A DNA stretch of 64,000 nucleotides. Origin: Patescibacteria group bacterium. GTDB lineage: Bacteria > Patescibacteriota > Microgenomatia > UBA1400 > PJMF01. Location of the stretch: positions 131,271 through 195,270 of the forward strand of contig BOKR01000001.1 in the NCBI GenBank assembly GCA_016861085.1, read 5' to 3'. Below the pieces are notes generated by a model. That model did no database searches. It had not been told where the DNA came from and saw only the letters and a program-made list of their open reading frames with translations. The position numbers and the translations under genes were made by a program. Positions 21,273 to 34,574 of this stretch are shown in pieces (position 1 is the stretch's first letter; each line of letters opens with the position of its first letter).

Positions 21273-21505
21273 CTATTTCTTTTTTCAAGATGATTCTTTC
21301 TACACTTGTTGTTTTGTTATACAATTACTACATCGCGAACTAGGATCTACTACACCAGTAGTAAGCAAAATGAAAACAAGCCCTCAATTGAGGGCTTGTT
21401 TAGTAATATACTCTATTTTCTAGTTTGAAAAAATGCTTTTGAGAAAGCAAAAGGCCGGGGTTTTGACGCCCGGCCTTTGTTTTGCGCTTATTCAGCGCCC
21501 CCCCT

Positions 21506-21784
21506 CTATTTCGCCAGGTAGTTGTTGATAACGTACCAGGCACAGGATTTGTAATCGGAACATACGGCCGCGTCTAAGGCAGCCTTGGCTTCCGTAGCCA
21601 CAAGGTTGACGACAAACAAGATGCCGATAATGAGTACGGCAAGGACGACCAGGCCGATGATTACCTGAGTGTAATTAATCGGCTGTACTTCACCTTTGAG
21701 CGCATCTAACCGCGCTCCTGCTTCTTGAGCAAATTGCCAGTCCTGATGAGCTTGTGATTGTTTAATTCGTTCTTGTAATGACAT
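21506..21784 (-). CDS. small membrane protein (92 aa, single transmembrane helix, Cys-containing C-terminus)
   Basis: The start MSLQER was chosen for its SD (AAGGGTG). There is a central hydrophobic helix (VIIGLVVLAVLIIGILFVVNLVA), and a bidirectional hairpin terminator lies at 21452-21480. Confidence 0.5.
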   Translation of the reverse strand: MSLQERIKQSQAHQDWQFAQEAGARLDALKGEVQPINYTQVIIGLVVLAVLIIGILFVVNLVATEAKAALDAAVCSDYKSCAWYVINNYLAK

Positions 21785-22111
21785 GATTTTCACCCTTTGA
21801 AATACGAAATTGAGATTTGTTGATAAACTCCCCAAGAGGGGGTGAATAATCAAATTGGCTGATCTAGTGGGCTTCTGAAAAGTCGCGATGACTTTCTTAT
21901 CCCTCTAGGGCCTTTTTAATTATTCGCTACTCCTGGAGATTTGTTGAATTTTTAATGTGCTTTGTACTCTTTCGAATACGACCATATTATCCTATAACAT
22001 TCTAATTTTGTCAATGGTTAAATGCCAAAAACCTTACTTAAAATCATAGCAAAAAGGCCTAGTATATTGCAACTAGGCCTCAATTTTTGAGTCAAAACTC
22101 TCTAAATCCCC

Positions 22112-24883
22112 CTACTCTTCTTCATCCTTCTGCAAGGTCAAAGCAACCGCCGCAACCTTGTTATCACCCTTCAAACGCATTAAGATAACCCCTTGAGTTG
22201 GTCTGGTCAATACAGGAATCGATTTCTTGGTAATCTCCATTTTAATTGTCTGGCCGTCTAAAGTAGTAATCACTAAATCAGAATGAATATCAGTATTTAC
22301 TTTTCGAGCACTTGCGACCATTCCAGTTCGTTTAGTAATATCAGCTACCTTAACACCCATACCAGAGCGTTTCTGTTTTGGATATTGGTCGAGCTTGGTC
22401 CGTTTACCCATACCGTTTTCAGTGACGATCAAAAGCTGAGTTTTTTCATTGTTTGCCTCAAGATCTGCAGCATCAATCACCTCAAAACCAACAACATAAT
22501 CGCCCCGTTTCAAGGTAATACCTTTTACGCCTTTGGTATCACGATTGCTTGCTTTGACTTCTTCCTCGTCAAAACGAATACATTTACCTTCATGTGAAAT
22601 GATAATTAACTCATCTTTTCCAGAGGTAAGTGTGCCTTTCACCACAGTATCACCCTCATTTAAGGTAATAGCAATAATGCCATTCTGACGGATGTTGTCA
22701 TATAACTTCACGGCTGATTTTTTGACCAGACCCTGGGTTGTGGCAAAGGTAATATATTTATCGGCATCATTTTTTTCATCGATAACCAAGATTGAAAGCA
22801 CTTTTTCTTCTGGTTGCAGGTTAATTATGTTGACAATTGCAGTTCCTTTTGCGGTCCTGGAAGATTCAGGAATTTCAAATGCCTTGAGTTTGAACACGCG
22901 GCCGGTATTTGTGAAAACCATCAAGGTATCATGGGTGTTGACCGTTAAAAGCGTCTGGACTACGTCCTCTGCCTTCATCTTGAGGCCAACGCTGCCTTTT
23001 CCACCTCTTCCTTGGGATCGGAAGGTACTTGGGATCATACGCTTGATATAGCCAGTTTCAGTGAGCGTAATGACGACTTCTTCACTTGCAACAAGGTCTT
23101 GTTCAGAGAACTCGCCGATTTTGCCTTTGACGAGTTTAGTTTTGCGGTCGTCGCCATATAATTCTGACAGTTCAGTAACTTCGTCAACGATCACGTCTAG
23201 GATGGCTTGTGGGTGACTCAAAAGCTTGATTAAGTCATCGAGCGTCTTTTTGATAGCTTCATACTCTTCTTCGATTTTTTGGCGTTCTAGGGCTGCCAGG
23301 CGCTTGAGTTGCATATCAAGAATTGCCAAAGATTGGGCTTCGGAAAGACCAAATTTTTTCATTAAGGCTTCTTTAGCGTCTTCTTGAGTTTTAGATTTAC
23401 GGATTGTATCAATTACGTCATCTAGGTTTGCAAGGGCGATCAACAAGCCTTCTAAGATGTGTGCGCGGTTGCGTGCTTCTTTCAGCTCATTTTGGCTTCT
23501 TTTGACAATCATTAATTGTCTGTGGTTGATGTACTCCATCAAGATCTGACGAATATTCATGAGTTGTGGGGTGCCTTCAGAATTCAAGGCAACCACATTC
23601 ATTGAAAAAGTGGTTTGCAGCTCAGAATATTTAAACAATTTGTTCAGAACTACCTTTGGGATGGCATCTTTCTTGAGGTCAATAGTGATTTGTAAGCCAT
23701 TTCTATCTGAGTCATCATTGAGGTCTTTGATACCTTCAATTTTTTTGTCACGAACCATGTCGGCAATTTTTTCAAGCAGACGAGCTTTATTAACTTGATA
23801 TGGAATTTCGGTGACGATAATGTGCCATCTGCCCTTTTTATCTTCAACAATCTCGGTTTTTGCCCTTGTGACGACTCTCCCCTTTCCGGTTCTGTAGCCT
23901 TCTTTAATGGCGTTGAAGTCATACATGATACCACCAGTTGGGAAATCTGGTCCTTGGATGTACTCCATGATGTCATCAATACTAATTTCTGAGTCAAAAT
24001 CACCAGCTAAGACTTGAGAATCAGCCGCCAACAACGCGTCGATTTGAGCGTGCATGTTTTTTATCTCTTCATCTTTCTTGCCGCCGGTTTTTCTCTCTGG
24101 GAGTTCAAACTTTGCGTTGGGGTTAACAACAGCTGCCCCTTTTTTGATAGTAGCCACAATTGCCGCTACAACTTCTCTCAGGTTGTGTGGAGGAATTTTT
24201 GTTGCCATACCAACAGCAATACCCTCCGAACCCATGAGTAGCAAGTTTGGTAATTTAGCTGGCAACACGGTTGGTTCTTGCAGTGAGCCGTCAAAATTAT
24301 CTGTGAAAGGCACAGTATTTTTATCAATATCTTGCAATAATTCTCGAGTAATTTTTGCCATTCTGGCCTCGGTGTACCGCATTGCAGCTGGACTATCGCC
24401 ATCAACAGAGCCAAAGTTACCTTGGCCATCAATTAATTCATAACGCATGCTAAAGTCTTGTGCTAACCGGACCATTGCCATATACACAGGAGCATCACCG
24501 TGTGGGTGATATTTACCCAAGACGTCTCCTACAATACGAGCCGATTTCTTATATGCGGAGTTCCAGTGAATACCACTGCGGTGCATGGAGTACAAAATAC
24601 GTCTGTGAACTGGTTTAAGACCGTCGCGCACATCTGGTAACGCACGAGAAACGATAACACTCATGGCGTAGTCGAGATAGCTTTTTTCCATTTCTGATTT
24701 GATAGAAATGAACTTGAGTTTTCCAAATCTACTCTCCTCTATCGTGCCAATTAAAGCTTGATTGACTTCTTCAGATTGAGCTTTTTGGGTTACGCGCTCT
24801 GCAGCCTGATCAGCTTCTTCAATTTCAGCCACTTCTTCTATAATTTCTTCAATCTTGTCTTGTTTCTCTTGTGAGTCTGCCAT
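22112..24883 (-). CDS. gyrA: DNA gyrase subunit A
   Basis: 923 aa. The active-site region ([29 protein letters not shown]) and a C-terminal beta-pinwheel are present, with an acidic N-terminal extension of about 60 aa. Confidence 0.95.
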   Translation of the reverse strand: MADSQEKQDKIEEIIEEVAEIEEADQAAERVTQKAQSEEVNQALIGTIEESRFGKLKFISIKSEMEKSYLDYAMSVIVSRALPDVRDGLKPVHRRILYSMHRSGIHWNSAYKKSARIVGDVLGKYHPHGDAPVYMAMVRLAQDFSMRYELIDGQGNFGSVDGDSPAAMRYTEARMAKITRELLQDIDKNTVPFTDNFDGSLQEPTVLPAKLPNLLLMGSEGIAVGMATKIPPHNLREVVAAIVATIKKGAAVVNPNAKFELPERKTGGKKDEEIKNMHAQIDALLAADSQVLAGDFDSEISIDDIMEYIQGPDFPTGGIMYDFNAIKEGYRTGKGRVVTRAKTEIVEDKKGRWHIIVTEIPYQVNKARLLEKIADMVRDKKIEGIKDLNDDSDRNGLQITIDLKKDAIPKVVLNKLFKYSELQTTFSMNVVALNSEGTPQLMNIRQILMEYINHRQLMIVKRSQNELKEARNRAHILEGLLIALANLDDVIDTIRKSKTQEDAKEALMKKFGLSEAQSLAILDMQLKRLAALERQKIEEEYEAIKKTLDDLIKLLSHPQAILDVIVDEVTELSELYGDDRKTKLVKGKIGEFSEQDLVASEEVVITLTETGYIKRMIPSTFRSQGRGGKGSVGLKMKAEDVVQTLLTVNTHDTLMVFTNTGRVFKLKAFEIPESSRTAKGTAIVNIINLQPEEKVLSILVIDEKNDADKYITFATTQGLVKKSAVKLYDNIRQNGIIAITLNEGDTVVKGTLTSGKDELIIISHEGKCIRFDEEEVKASNRDTKGVKGITLKRGDYVVGFEVIDAADLEANNEKTQLLIVTENGMGKRTKLDQYPKQKRSGMGVKVADITKRTGMVASARKVNTDIHSDLVITTLDGQTIKMEITKKSIPVLTRPTQGVILMRLKGDNKVAAVALTLQKDEEE

Positions 24884-24918
24884 ATTTTTTTTCTAAATTA
24901 GTTATTATTTCAGGTTAC

Positions 24919-25872
24919 TTATTTGAGTGCCATTTCTATAGCAGGCGCAATTTCTTTTTTGCGGGACATTTTTGGTCCGATATCAAGGACATTATCAACC
25001 GTGGTACCGCCAAATGCTTTTTCGGCAACTGCTTGTTCTGCTTGTGTGAGGATGAGTAACTTTGTGTTTACTTTCAAGATGTCAGTGATAGCCACAAAGA
25101 TAAGTTCTGCACCCAGTTCGGCTTTGACTCTTTCCATAGCTTGTAGCAAACTTGCTTTCTTTTGAGTCAAAACCAGGTCTTGTTCGACAGTTTCGAGTTG
25201 ATCAATCATGGTTTTTTTGCCAAAGTCAAAGACTTTATAGTCATTTTTAACGATTTGTTCGTCGGTGAGTGTAGAGATGTTTGACTTAGCTTTGAAAATT
25301 TCAAGAGTGAACCCGTCAACATCGGTAACTCCTGCAAGTGCTGCCAACTCTGAGCCAAATTTTTTATCATGTTCGGTACAGGTTGCCGATTTATAGCCAA
25401 CGGTATCAGATAAAATTGAAGCCAACATGAAGGACGCGAGTGTTTTTTCTGGCTGGACCCCAAATTTTTTCATCAAGTAGTAGACAATAGAGCAAGTTGA
25501 TCCCCAGGGTTTGAAAGTAAGGTATACTGGATTGTTAAAATTGATATTAGCCTTGTGGTGGTCAACAATCTCAACAATTTGTGACTCAAGTTCGCCGTCA
25601 AGGCCAGACATTCGTTGTGAAGCCTCATTATGATCGACCAAAACTACTTCAGTGTTTTCGTTTAAATCTGCTGCAGTGAGTACTTTAGGTGCAGAAACAC
25701 CAAATGTATCAAATAAAAACTGAGTTTCTGGGTTAAGCGGGTCAGTAATAGCGGCAACTGGGGTAACATAGCCCATTTCTTTCCAGTTTTTACAGAGGTA
25801 TTCAAAGGCCATGGCCGCAACTACCGCGTCGGTATCTGGTTTAGTGTGCCCGATGATGTAGGTGGTTTTCAT
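24919..25872 (-). CDS. ppaC: DHH/DHHA2 phosphoesterase, likely family II (Mn-dependent) inorganic pyrophosphatase
   Basis: 317 aa. The N-terminus (YIIGHTKPDTDAVVAAMAF), DHH motif (DHHK) and domain order fit PpaC-type enzymes. Confidence 0.7.
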   Translation of the reverse strand: MKTTYIIGHTKPDTDAVVAAMAFEYLCKNWKEMGYVTPVAAITDPLNPETQFLFDTFGVSAPKVLTAADLNENTEVVLVDHNEASQRMSGLDGELESQIVEIVDHHKANINFNNPVYLTFKPWGSTCSIVYYLMKKFGVQPEKTLASFMLASILSDTVGYKSATCTEHDKKFGSELAALAGVTDVDGFTLEIFKAKSNISTLTDEQIVKNDYKVFDFGKKTMIDQLETVEQDLVLTQKKASLLQAMERVKAELGAELIFVAITDILKVNTKLLILTQAEQAVAEKAFGGTTVDNVLDIGPKMSRKKEIAPAIEMALK

Positions 25873-25894
25873 AGGTTATATTCCTTTCTTGCGA

Positions 25895-27937
<2,043 letters not shown>

Positions 27938-28242
27938 TCACAAGAACTAATCAAAGTTATTTGGGCAGAAACTTCTTTATTGACAGCGTGAATTTACATC
28001 AATGATACTATATTTTAAAGTACGTGGATAGTGGCATAATGCAAACTAAAATCCCGATTTTGGAATGGTTGAGCGCCCCACAGCTACATCACTTGAGGAA
28101 AAGTATTTATCTAGGACTTTGGCAGTCGATTAGTATCTCTGCTAATTTGATTTCGAAAATAAAATGGTTGCTGCATCAAGTTATATTAATATATGTTAAA
28201 TCATATTATTATATATTTTGATATAATTAAAAATGTGATAAA

Positions 28243-28662
28243 ATGCAGACAATGAAAAAATTTATACAAGAAAACCAGGTCGACCAAAGAATACTACATC
28301 AACATTCTGAGCGTGTTTCCAAGATCATCTCTGAACTACTAGGTCAAGGGGCAATTGGAATAGAAGTTGCATTGTTGATTGATAGCATTGATGACCCGAC
28401 CGTCCTGTTACAAAGTTATAAAAAACCAGAACTTATTCACAACTTGTATGTCGTTGCAAAGAAGATTAAAGAACACTCTGGTGGGAAGCTCACACCGCGA
28501 AAAGCAGAAAGGTTGAATGTTCTTTTAAATACTCTTTCTCGCTATATTGATGGAGTTTCTGCAGAGCTGTTCATGAATCAAAACGTGCAGGCACATGCTG
28601 CTATTTTAAAACATGGAATTGAGCTGTATAAGCAAAGAAATTTCTCGGTTTTGAGACGATAA
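28243..28662 (+). CDS. hypothetical protein
   Basis: 139-aa ORF divergent from gyrB. Confidence 0.35.
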   Translation: MQTMKKFIQENQVDQRILHQHSERVSKIISELLGQGAIGIEVALLIDSIDDPTVLLQSYKKPELIHNLYVVAKKIKEHSGGKLTPRKAERLNVLLNTLSRYIDGVSAELFMNQNVQAHAAILKHGIELYKQRNFSVLRR

Positions 28663-28664
28663 CA

Positions 28665-29351
28665 TTAGTTTAGCTCAAAAAAACAGTTTTCCATTGTCAG
28701 TAGTACATTTGTGTTGTGCTCTAAATACTCAATTGTTTTGAGGACTGCTTTCAAATTTTGAGTAATTTGTCGTGTTTTTTTTGAAGTCAGAGAGTCTTGA
28801 TTTTGCAACTGTTTGTGTAGAAACTGGACTAATTGATTGCAAAAAATAAGTGCATCTTCTCGTTCTTTGTATGCTGCTGCCAAAGTTATTTTGTGACCAG
28901 GGTTGCTTGCTATAATTTCACCTAAAAGTTCAGTAATTTTTTCCGTTTTCTGCTGGACATCTGCTTGTTGAGTATGTGGATTTGTAATAAATACAGTTTG
29001 GCAACGTGATCGAATCGTTTCTAATAATTTTTCTGGAGTTGCAGTGACAAATATGAGTTGCGTATCTTTTGGGGGTTCTTCAATAGCTTTTAGTAACGCA
29101 TTTTGAGCAGGGATGGTTAATAGATGGGCATCTAGAAAAATAAAATAGCGAGGCTGATTGGCTACATATGATGCATAGGCCAGTTTTTCTTTGATTTCTC
29201 TGACAGTTTCGATTTTAATACTCTCCCCTGTCTCATTGATTAGGATGATATTTGCTTGATTGGTGATTGGCTTGTTCAACCATAGGGAAACTGCTTCAAA
29301 GGCATTGTGATCGGATGCATGTTGTAAGATTGTTGATGCTAGATAGGTCAT
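28665..29351 (-). CDS. holB: DNA polymerase III delta-prime subunit-like clamp-loader protein
   Basis: 228 aa. The sensor motifs (QNALLKAIEEPP ... TIRSRCQ) are typical of HolB. The N-terminal Walker A appears degenerate. Confidence 0.7.
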   Translation of the reverse strand: MTYLASTILQHASDHNAFEAVSLWLNKPITNQANIILINETGESIKIETVREIKEKLAYASYVANQPRYFIFLDAHLLTIPAQNALLKAIEEPPKDTQLIFVTATPEKLLETIRSRCQTVFITNPHTQQADVQQKTEKITELLGEIIASNPGHKITLAAAYKEREDALIFCNQLVQFLHKQLQNQDSLTSKKTRQITQNLKAVLKTIEYLEHNTNVLLTMENCFFELN

Positions 29352-29418
29352 TGTATTAGTTGTTTGAGTTTAGAATTTCCTTTATAGTAGTACAAGAAGT
29401 ACTAAAAGAGTATACCCT

Positions 29419-31527
29419 ATGATTGATCCTGCCCAATCAACTGACCCAATTCAAATCCCACAGACAGATCCGGTGAAAATTTCTGTAAGTGCAGATGATC
29501 TTGCTGTTAGTCAACCGCTTCCTTCTACTCCATCTATGGATTTACAGACTGCTGAGCAGACGGTGCAATCAGAAACTCCTCTCTCCAGTACCGATCTGAC
29601 TAAGATTGCCGAATCATTAGAAAAAGACTCTGCAGTTTTAGCTGCTAACGCTACTGATGGTGCGCTTGACGAAACGAAAGTTGTTCCTGAACCAGCTACT
29701 GTACCATTGACAGTGCCTACTGTCCCCTCAGTTTCAACCAAAGAATCTGCGGTTAAAAAACCAGAAGATGCCCCAGGAATTGACCCCAATAAAACATATA
29801 GTAACGTTGTAGACGTTCTTAGAGATGCTGGTACGATCTCACAAGATGAAGCGAACCAAATCTTAGTTGAAAATGTCAGCTCAGGTAAAACACTTGAAGC
29901 TATCCTTGAAGAAAATAAGTTTGCAAGTGAAGAGCAACTTACCCAGGCAAAGTCGGTAGTTCACAAAATTCCTTTTGTATCGATTGCTGAATTTGGTACA
30001 GATCCTCAGGCTTTGACAAAATTACCTGAGGGAGTTGCTCGTAATTACAACATGCTGCCACTAGAGTTTGATAAAGATAAAAATTCTCTCACAGTGGCGA
30101 TGAAAGATCCGCTTGATTTGTCAGCAATTGATTTTGCAGAACAAAAATCGGGACAGAAAATTATTGCATATTACGCTATGCCCTCAGAGCTTGAGCGCAA
30201 GATTGCAGAAAACTATTCACAAAGCCTTTCCAGTGAAGTTACTGCTGCCTTAGAGCAAACTTCACAAGTAGCAGAAACAAAAGCTAGACAGCAAGATTTG
30301 AGCGAGCTTTCTGGGGAAACTATTCGTGAGGCTCCTATTACTAAAATTGTGCAAACTATAGTAGCGTTTGCGATGAAAGCTCGCGCTTCTGACGTGCATA
30401 TTGAGCCCCAGGAGCAACGAACTCGAGTACGATACAGAATTGACGGTATCTTGGTAGAAAAACTGATCTTGCCAAGAAGTGTTCACGAGGCAGTAGTTTC
30501 TCGTATTAAAATTCTTTCTGGTTTAAAGATTGATGAAAAACGTATTCCACAAGATGGTCGGTTTAACTTTGTTTCTGGGGATGCTGAGGCTGACTTACGT
30601 ATCTCTACCCTTCCTACAATTCATGGTGAAAAAATTGTGATGCGGTTGCTCAAAAAGGACGCGACTGTTCCTGCACTTGAAGAATTGGGATTAACAGGAA
30701 TTGCACTCAGTCGAGTCAAAGACGCAATTAAAGTACCACACGGAATTGTGTTGGTTACTGGTCCGACTGGGTCTGGTAAAACCACTACCCTCTACTCTGT
30801 TCTACATACTATTAATACACCAAAAGTGAATATCATGACTTTGGAAGATCCGGTTGAGTACCAGATGGTGGGAATCAATCAAGTGCAAATTAATCCTCAG
30901 GCAGGACTAACGTTTGCATCGGGACTACGTTCTTTCTTGCGTCAGGACCCCAATATTATCATGGTGGGTGAGGTGCGTGACTCAGAAACCGCAGAGTTGG
31001 CAATTCAGGCTTCTCTTACTGGTCACCTAGTTTTTTCAACTCTACACACTTCTAGCGCTGCTGGAGCAATTCCGCGTTTACTTGACATGGGTGCTGAGCC
31101 ATTTTTGTTGGCTTCCTCTATGACTTTGACTATGGCGCAGCGTGTGGTACGTAAAATCAATGAAGAATTCAAAGAAGAATATAAGCCTGAACAGGCAGTT
31201 GTTGAAGATATTAAACGAGTACTTGGTCCTCGGCTTGACGAGTGGTTAAAGAAAAAAGGTCTGAGCTCTCCAGAAGAAATCATGCTATTTAGAGCTAAAA
31301 AGGACCGACCTCAGACGGAACCTGAATATAAAGGTCGTGTAGCTATTTTTGAAGTGATGCCAGTCACTGAAAAAATTGGCAAACTAATATTGGAGAGAAA
31401 ACCAGCGACTGAAATGGAGAAACTTGCTGTGGCAGATGGTATGCTATTTATGAAGCAAGACGGATACATAAAAGCACTTGAGGGACTGACAACAGTAGAA
31501 GAAGTATTACGTGTGGCAGAAATATAA
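29419..31527 (+). CDS. pilB: type IV pilus assembly ATPase PilB/GspE with long N-terminal extension
   Basis: 702 aa. Walker A GPTGSGKTT, Asp box, Walker B and a tetracysteine-less GspE core are present. An N-terminal Pro/Ser/Thr-rich region of about 280 aa is followed by GspE_N-like domains. Confidence 0.9.
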   Translation: MIDPAQSTDPIQIPQTDPVKISVSADDLAVSQPLPSTPSMDLQTAEQTVQSETPLSSTDLTKIAESLEKDSAVLAANATDGALDETKVVPEPATVPLTVPTVPSVSTKESAVKKPEDAPGIDPNKTYSNVVDVLRDAGTISQDEANQILVENVSSGKTLEAILEENKFASEEQLTQAKSVVHKIPFVSIAEFGTDPQALTKLPEGVARNYNMLPLEFDKDKNSLTVAMKDPLDLSAIDFAEQKSGQKIIAYYAMPSELERKIAENYSQSLSSEVTAALEQTSQVAETKARQQDLSELSGETIREAPITKIVQTIVAFAMKARASDVHIEPQEQRTRVRYRIDGILVEKLILPRSVHEAVVSRIKILSGLKIDEKRIPQDGRFNFVSGDAEADLRISTLPTIHGEKIVMRLLKKDATVPALEELGLTGIALSRVKDAIKVPHGIVLVTGPTGSGKTTTLYSVLHTINTPKVNIMTLEDPVEYQMVGINQVQINPQAGLTFASGLRSFLRQDPNIIMVGEVRDSETAELAIQASLTGHLVFSTLHTSSAAGAIPRLLDMGAEPFLLASSMTLTMAQRVVRKINEEFKEEYKPEQAVVEDIKRVLGPRLDEWLKKKGLSSPEEIMLFRAKKDRPQTEPEYKGRVAIFEVMPVTEKIGKLILERKPATEMEKLAVADGMLFMKQDGYIKALEGLTTVEEVLRVAEI

Positions 31528-31538
31528 AGGAAAAACAT

Positions 31539-32594
31539 ATGAATATACACGATATCATGGACATGTTAATTAACCAGAATGGGTCTGATATCCATATTAT
31601 TGTTGGAACCCCACCCATGATCCGTATTCATGGAGTACTGCAGGCTGTTGAGGGTACACCAGTTTTAAACACGGAACAGGCTGAGAACTTAATCTATCCA
31701 ATTATGACTCAAGAGCAAAAAGATTTTGTAACTGTGAACAAAGAGTTGGACTTTGGGTACCAGTTCAAAAATAAAGGAAGATTTCGTGTAAACGTATATC
31801 ATACTCAAGGAGCGATTGCCGCAGCCATGCGTTTGATTCCCACAGATATTAAAACAATTGAAGAACTCCAGTTACCGCCGATTTTGCATGAGTTTTCTCG
31901 ATATAGCCAAGGTTTAGTACTTTTGACCGGCCCGACCGGTGAAGGAAAGTCAACCTCACTTGCAGCAATGATTGATGAAATCAACTCTACAAGAAGTGAA
32001 CATATTGTGACAATTGAAGATCCGGTCGAGTTCTTATATAAGCCAAAGAAAAGCATTATTTCGCAAAGAGAAATTAATCATGATACTCATTCCTGGGGTG
32101 TTGCGTTGAAATCAGTGCTACGTGAAGATCCAGATGTGGTGTTGATTGGTGAAATGCGCGATTACGAAACGATAGCATCGGCTATTACCATTGCAGAAAC
32201 TGGTCATTTAGTGTTTGCTACACTGCACACATCTAGTGCTTCACAGACAGTTGACCGTATCATTGACGTCTTTCCAGCTCATCAGCAAAGCCAAGTTCGA
32301 CAGCAACTTGCAGCGACAATTAAAGCAATTGTTGCCCAGCGTTTACTGCCTGGAATTGGTGGCGGACGTGTACCAGCATTAGAAATTTTGGTAGCAACTC
32401 CTGCTATGGCAAACTTAGTTCGTGAGCAGAAGACACACCAAATTGATTCTGTAATTCAGACTTCTGCTGATCAAGGTATGGTCTTATTTGAAACTTATTT
32501 ACAACAATTGGTGCGGCGTGGTGCGATTTCTAAAGAAACAGCAATACAGCATGCGTTTAGACCAGAAGATATGCATAGATTACTAGGTGATTAA
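31539..32594 (+). CDS. pilT: twitching motility ATPase PilT
   Basis: 351 aa with LLTGPTGEGKSTSL, an AIRNLIRE-like motif and GMxxxD. Confidence 0.9.
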   Translation: MNIHDIMDMLINQNGSDIHIIVGTPPMIRIHGVLQAVEGTPVLNTEQAENLIYPIMTQEQKDFVTVNKELDFGYQFKNKGRFRVNVYHTQGAIAAAMRLIPTDIKTIEELQLPPILHEFSRYSQGLVLLTGPTGEGKSTSLAAMIDEINSTRSEHIVTIEDPVEFLYKPKKSIISQREINHDTHSWGVALKSVLREDPDVVLIGEMRDYETIASAITIAETGHLVFATLHTSSASQTVDRIIDVFPAHQQSQVRQQLAATIKAIVAQRLLPGIGGGRVPALEILVATPAMANLVREQKTHQIDSVIQTSADQGMVLFETYLQQLVRRGAISKETAIQHAFRPEDMHRLLGD

Positions 32595-32599
32595 CAGAT

Positions 32600-33802
32600 A
32601 TGCCATTTTTTAAATACTCAGCAAAAAATAAATTTGGAGAGACAGTCAACGGTAAAGTTGAGTCAAGAACCATAGAACAAGCCGCATCATTGTTGACTTC
32701 TCGTGGTTTATTAGTTATTAGATTGTCGCCTCTAACAGAAGACTCACTTGCTATAGTGAAAAAGATGTTTGGTGGAGTTAAGTTTGATGACGTTGTGAAC
32801 TTCACTCGGCAACTTTCAACCATGATTACTGCTGGCTTACCGTTAGCTGGAGCTTTATCTATTTTAGTCCGTGATGGAAAACCTGAGGTTACCAAAATGA
32901 TGGCGGTGATTTTGCAAGACGTTGAGGGAGGAAATGCGTTTGCAGATGCGCTCTCGAAGCATAAAAAAGTTTTTTCTCGGTTATATATTCAGTTGGTGAA
33001 AGCCGGTGAAACTGGTGGTGTGCTTGATACAGTGTTAGAGCGTTTAGCAGACAACATGGAAAAAGAGAAAGAGTTTAAGGCTAAAACAAAAGGTGCTTTA
33101 ATTTATCCAGTTATCGTCGTTATTGCTATGATTGCTGTTGCTGCAATTATGATGATCTTTGTGATTCCAAAGCTGACAGAAATGTATAAAGATTTTGGTG
33201 CTGAGCTACCTTTCGCTACTAGAATTTTAATTGGTTTGTCTGAGGCAATGGTGAAGTTTTGGTGGATTTTTGGTGCAGCTATTGCAGGATTAATTGTTGC
33301 TTTCAAGCGGTATTACAAGACAGAGTTTGGGAGATACAAAATCGATGAAATCAAACTTAAATTGCCTATTTTTGGTGAACTCCAGAAAAAAATTATCTTA
33401 ACTGAGTTTTCCAGAACGTTAGCACTGTTGCTTGGATCTGGAATCACATTGCTTGAAGCGATTTCAATTGTGACTGATTCTGTTGAAAATATAGTATACC
33501 GCTCTGCCTTAGAAGATGTTGCTAAGCAAGTTGAAAAGGGGTCGTCACTCTCTGGAGCTTTGAGTCACTATGAACAATTCCCAACGATTTTGCATCAGAT
33601 GATGAGTGTGGGTGAAGAAACAGGAAAACTAGACGAAGTGCTCAAGAAACTTTCTACTTATTTTGAACAAGAAAGTGAGCACGCCATTAAAAACATGACC
33701 ACAGCCATCGAGCCAATGATCATGATTGTGCTTGGTTTGGGTGTGGGTGCAATGGTTATTGCCATTATTATGCCAATCTACAACTTGACCAGCCAATTCT
33801 AA
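32600..33802 (+). CDS. pilC: type IV pilus platform protein PilC / GspF family
   Basis: 400 aa with two GspF repeats and 3 transmembrane segments. Confidence 0.9.
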   Translation: MPFFKYSAKNKFGETVNGKVESRTIEQAASLLTSRGLLVIRLSPLTEDSLAIVKKMFGGVKFDDVVNFTRQLSTMITAGLPLAGALSILVRDGKPEVTKMMAVILQDVEGGNAFADALSKHKKVFSRLYIQLVKAGETGGVLDTVLERLADNMEKEKEFKAKTKGALIYPVIVVIAMIAVAAIMMIFVIPKLTEMYKDFGAELPFATRILIGLSEAMVKFWWIFGAAIAGLIVAFKRYYKTEFGRYKIDEIKLKLPIFGELQKKIILTEFSRTLALLLGSGITLLEAISIVTDSVENIVYRSALEDVAKQVEKGSSLSGALSHYEQFPTILHQMMSVGEETGKLDEVLKKLSTYFEQESEHAIKNMTTAIEPMIMIVLGLGVGAMVIAIIMPIYNLTSQF

Positions 33803-33865
33803 TTGTTGTACAGTAGTATCAAGTATATTTTTGAAGAAAGTAAATTAAAAAGGAAACATAAAAAT

Positions 33866-34486
33866 ATGATGAAACTTCTTTCTAATTTGCGAAAACTGAG
33901 CAGCCAGGCAGGTTTTACCATGATCGAGCTTTTGATCGTGATCGCAATTTTGGGTATCTTGGCTGTGGCAGTGCTCTCTGCTATTAATCCAGTAGAGCAG
34001 ATTAATAGAGGTCGTGATACTGGTTCTCGATCTGATGCGGAACAGTTGTTGAGTGCTATTGATAGATACAATGCTTTTGCTGGGTACTACCCATGGCAAG
34101 ATGGCGCTTCTGATACTGCATATGAAATTGATCCCCTTCGTCTTTGGGATGAAGAAACTGACTTAGCAAATGATGCTCCATGTAATGTCTCAGATTTATT
34201 ATCTGCCGGAGACGGTGCAGGTTGTACTGGTTCTAACGAACTTAAAGTCACCTTTTTTACCAGAATATTTGGAAGTGGCTATAACTACCTTTCCATTTAT
34301 CATGGGACTGAAGCTTCTAATAGTACCTATGTTTGTTTTGCACCAAAGTCAGATGCATTTAAAACAGAAGCAGCAGCAAGAGTGGCAGCAGGTGTTCCCG
34401 CTGACTATCCAGCCGGAGCTATTGCTGACGCAACAGGAATCTGTGGTCCTGTCGGTACTCCTTCTGACTGTGTCTGTCTTCCATAA
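33866..34486 (+). CDS. type IV major pilin (class III signal peptide, Cys-rich C-terminus)
   Basis: A strong SD (AAAAGGAAACATAAAAATATG) precedes the start. The prepilin motif is GFTMIELLIVIAILGILA (G|F cleavage, E5). Four C-terminal Cys pairs are present. A terminator follows the gene. Confidence 0.8.
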   Translation: MMKLLSNLRKLSSQAGFTMIELLIVIAILGILAVAVLSAINPVEQINRGRDTGSRSDAEQLLSAIDRYNAFAGYYPWQDGASDTAYEIDPLRLWDEETDLANDAPCNVSDLLSAGDGAGCTGSNELKVTFFTRIFGSGYNYLSIYHGTEASNSTYVCFAPKSDAFKTEAAARVAAGVPADYPAGAIADATGICGPVGTPSDCVCLP

Positions 34487-34509
34487 CAAGTCCGTTCAAT
34501 GAAACTTGA

Positions 34510-34545
34510 AAGCCCCAGGCAAATTGCCTGGGGCTTTTTGTTTTA
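34510..34545 (+). terminator. rho-independent terminator after the major pilin gene
   Basis: AAGCCCCAGGCAAATTGCCTGGGGCTTTTTGTTTT. Confidence 0.75.
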
Positions 34546-34574
34546 AATCAGTGTATGTTACACTTAACCACGAC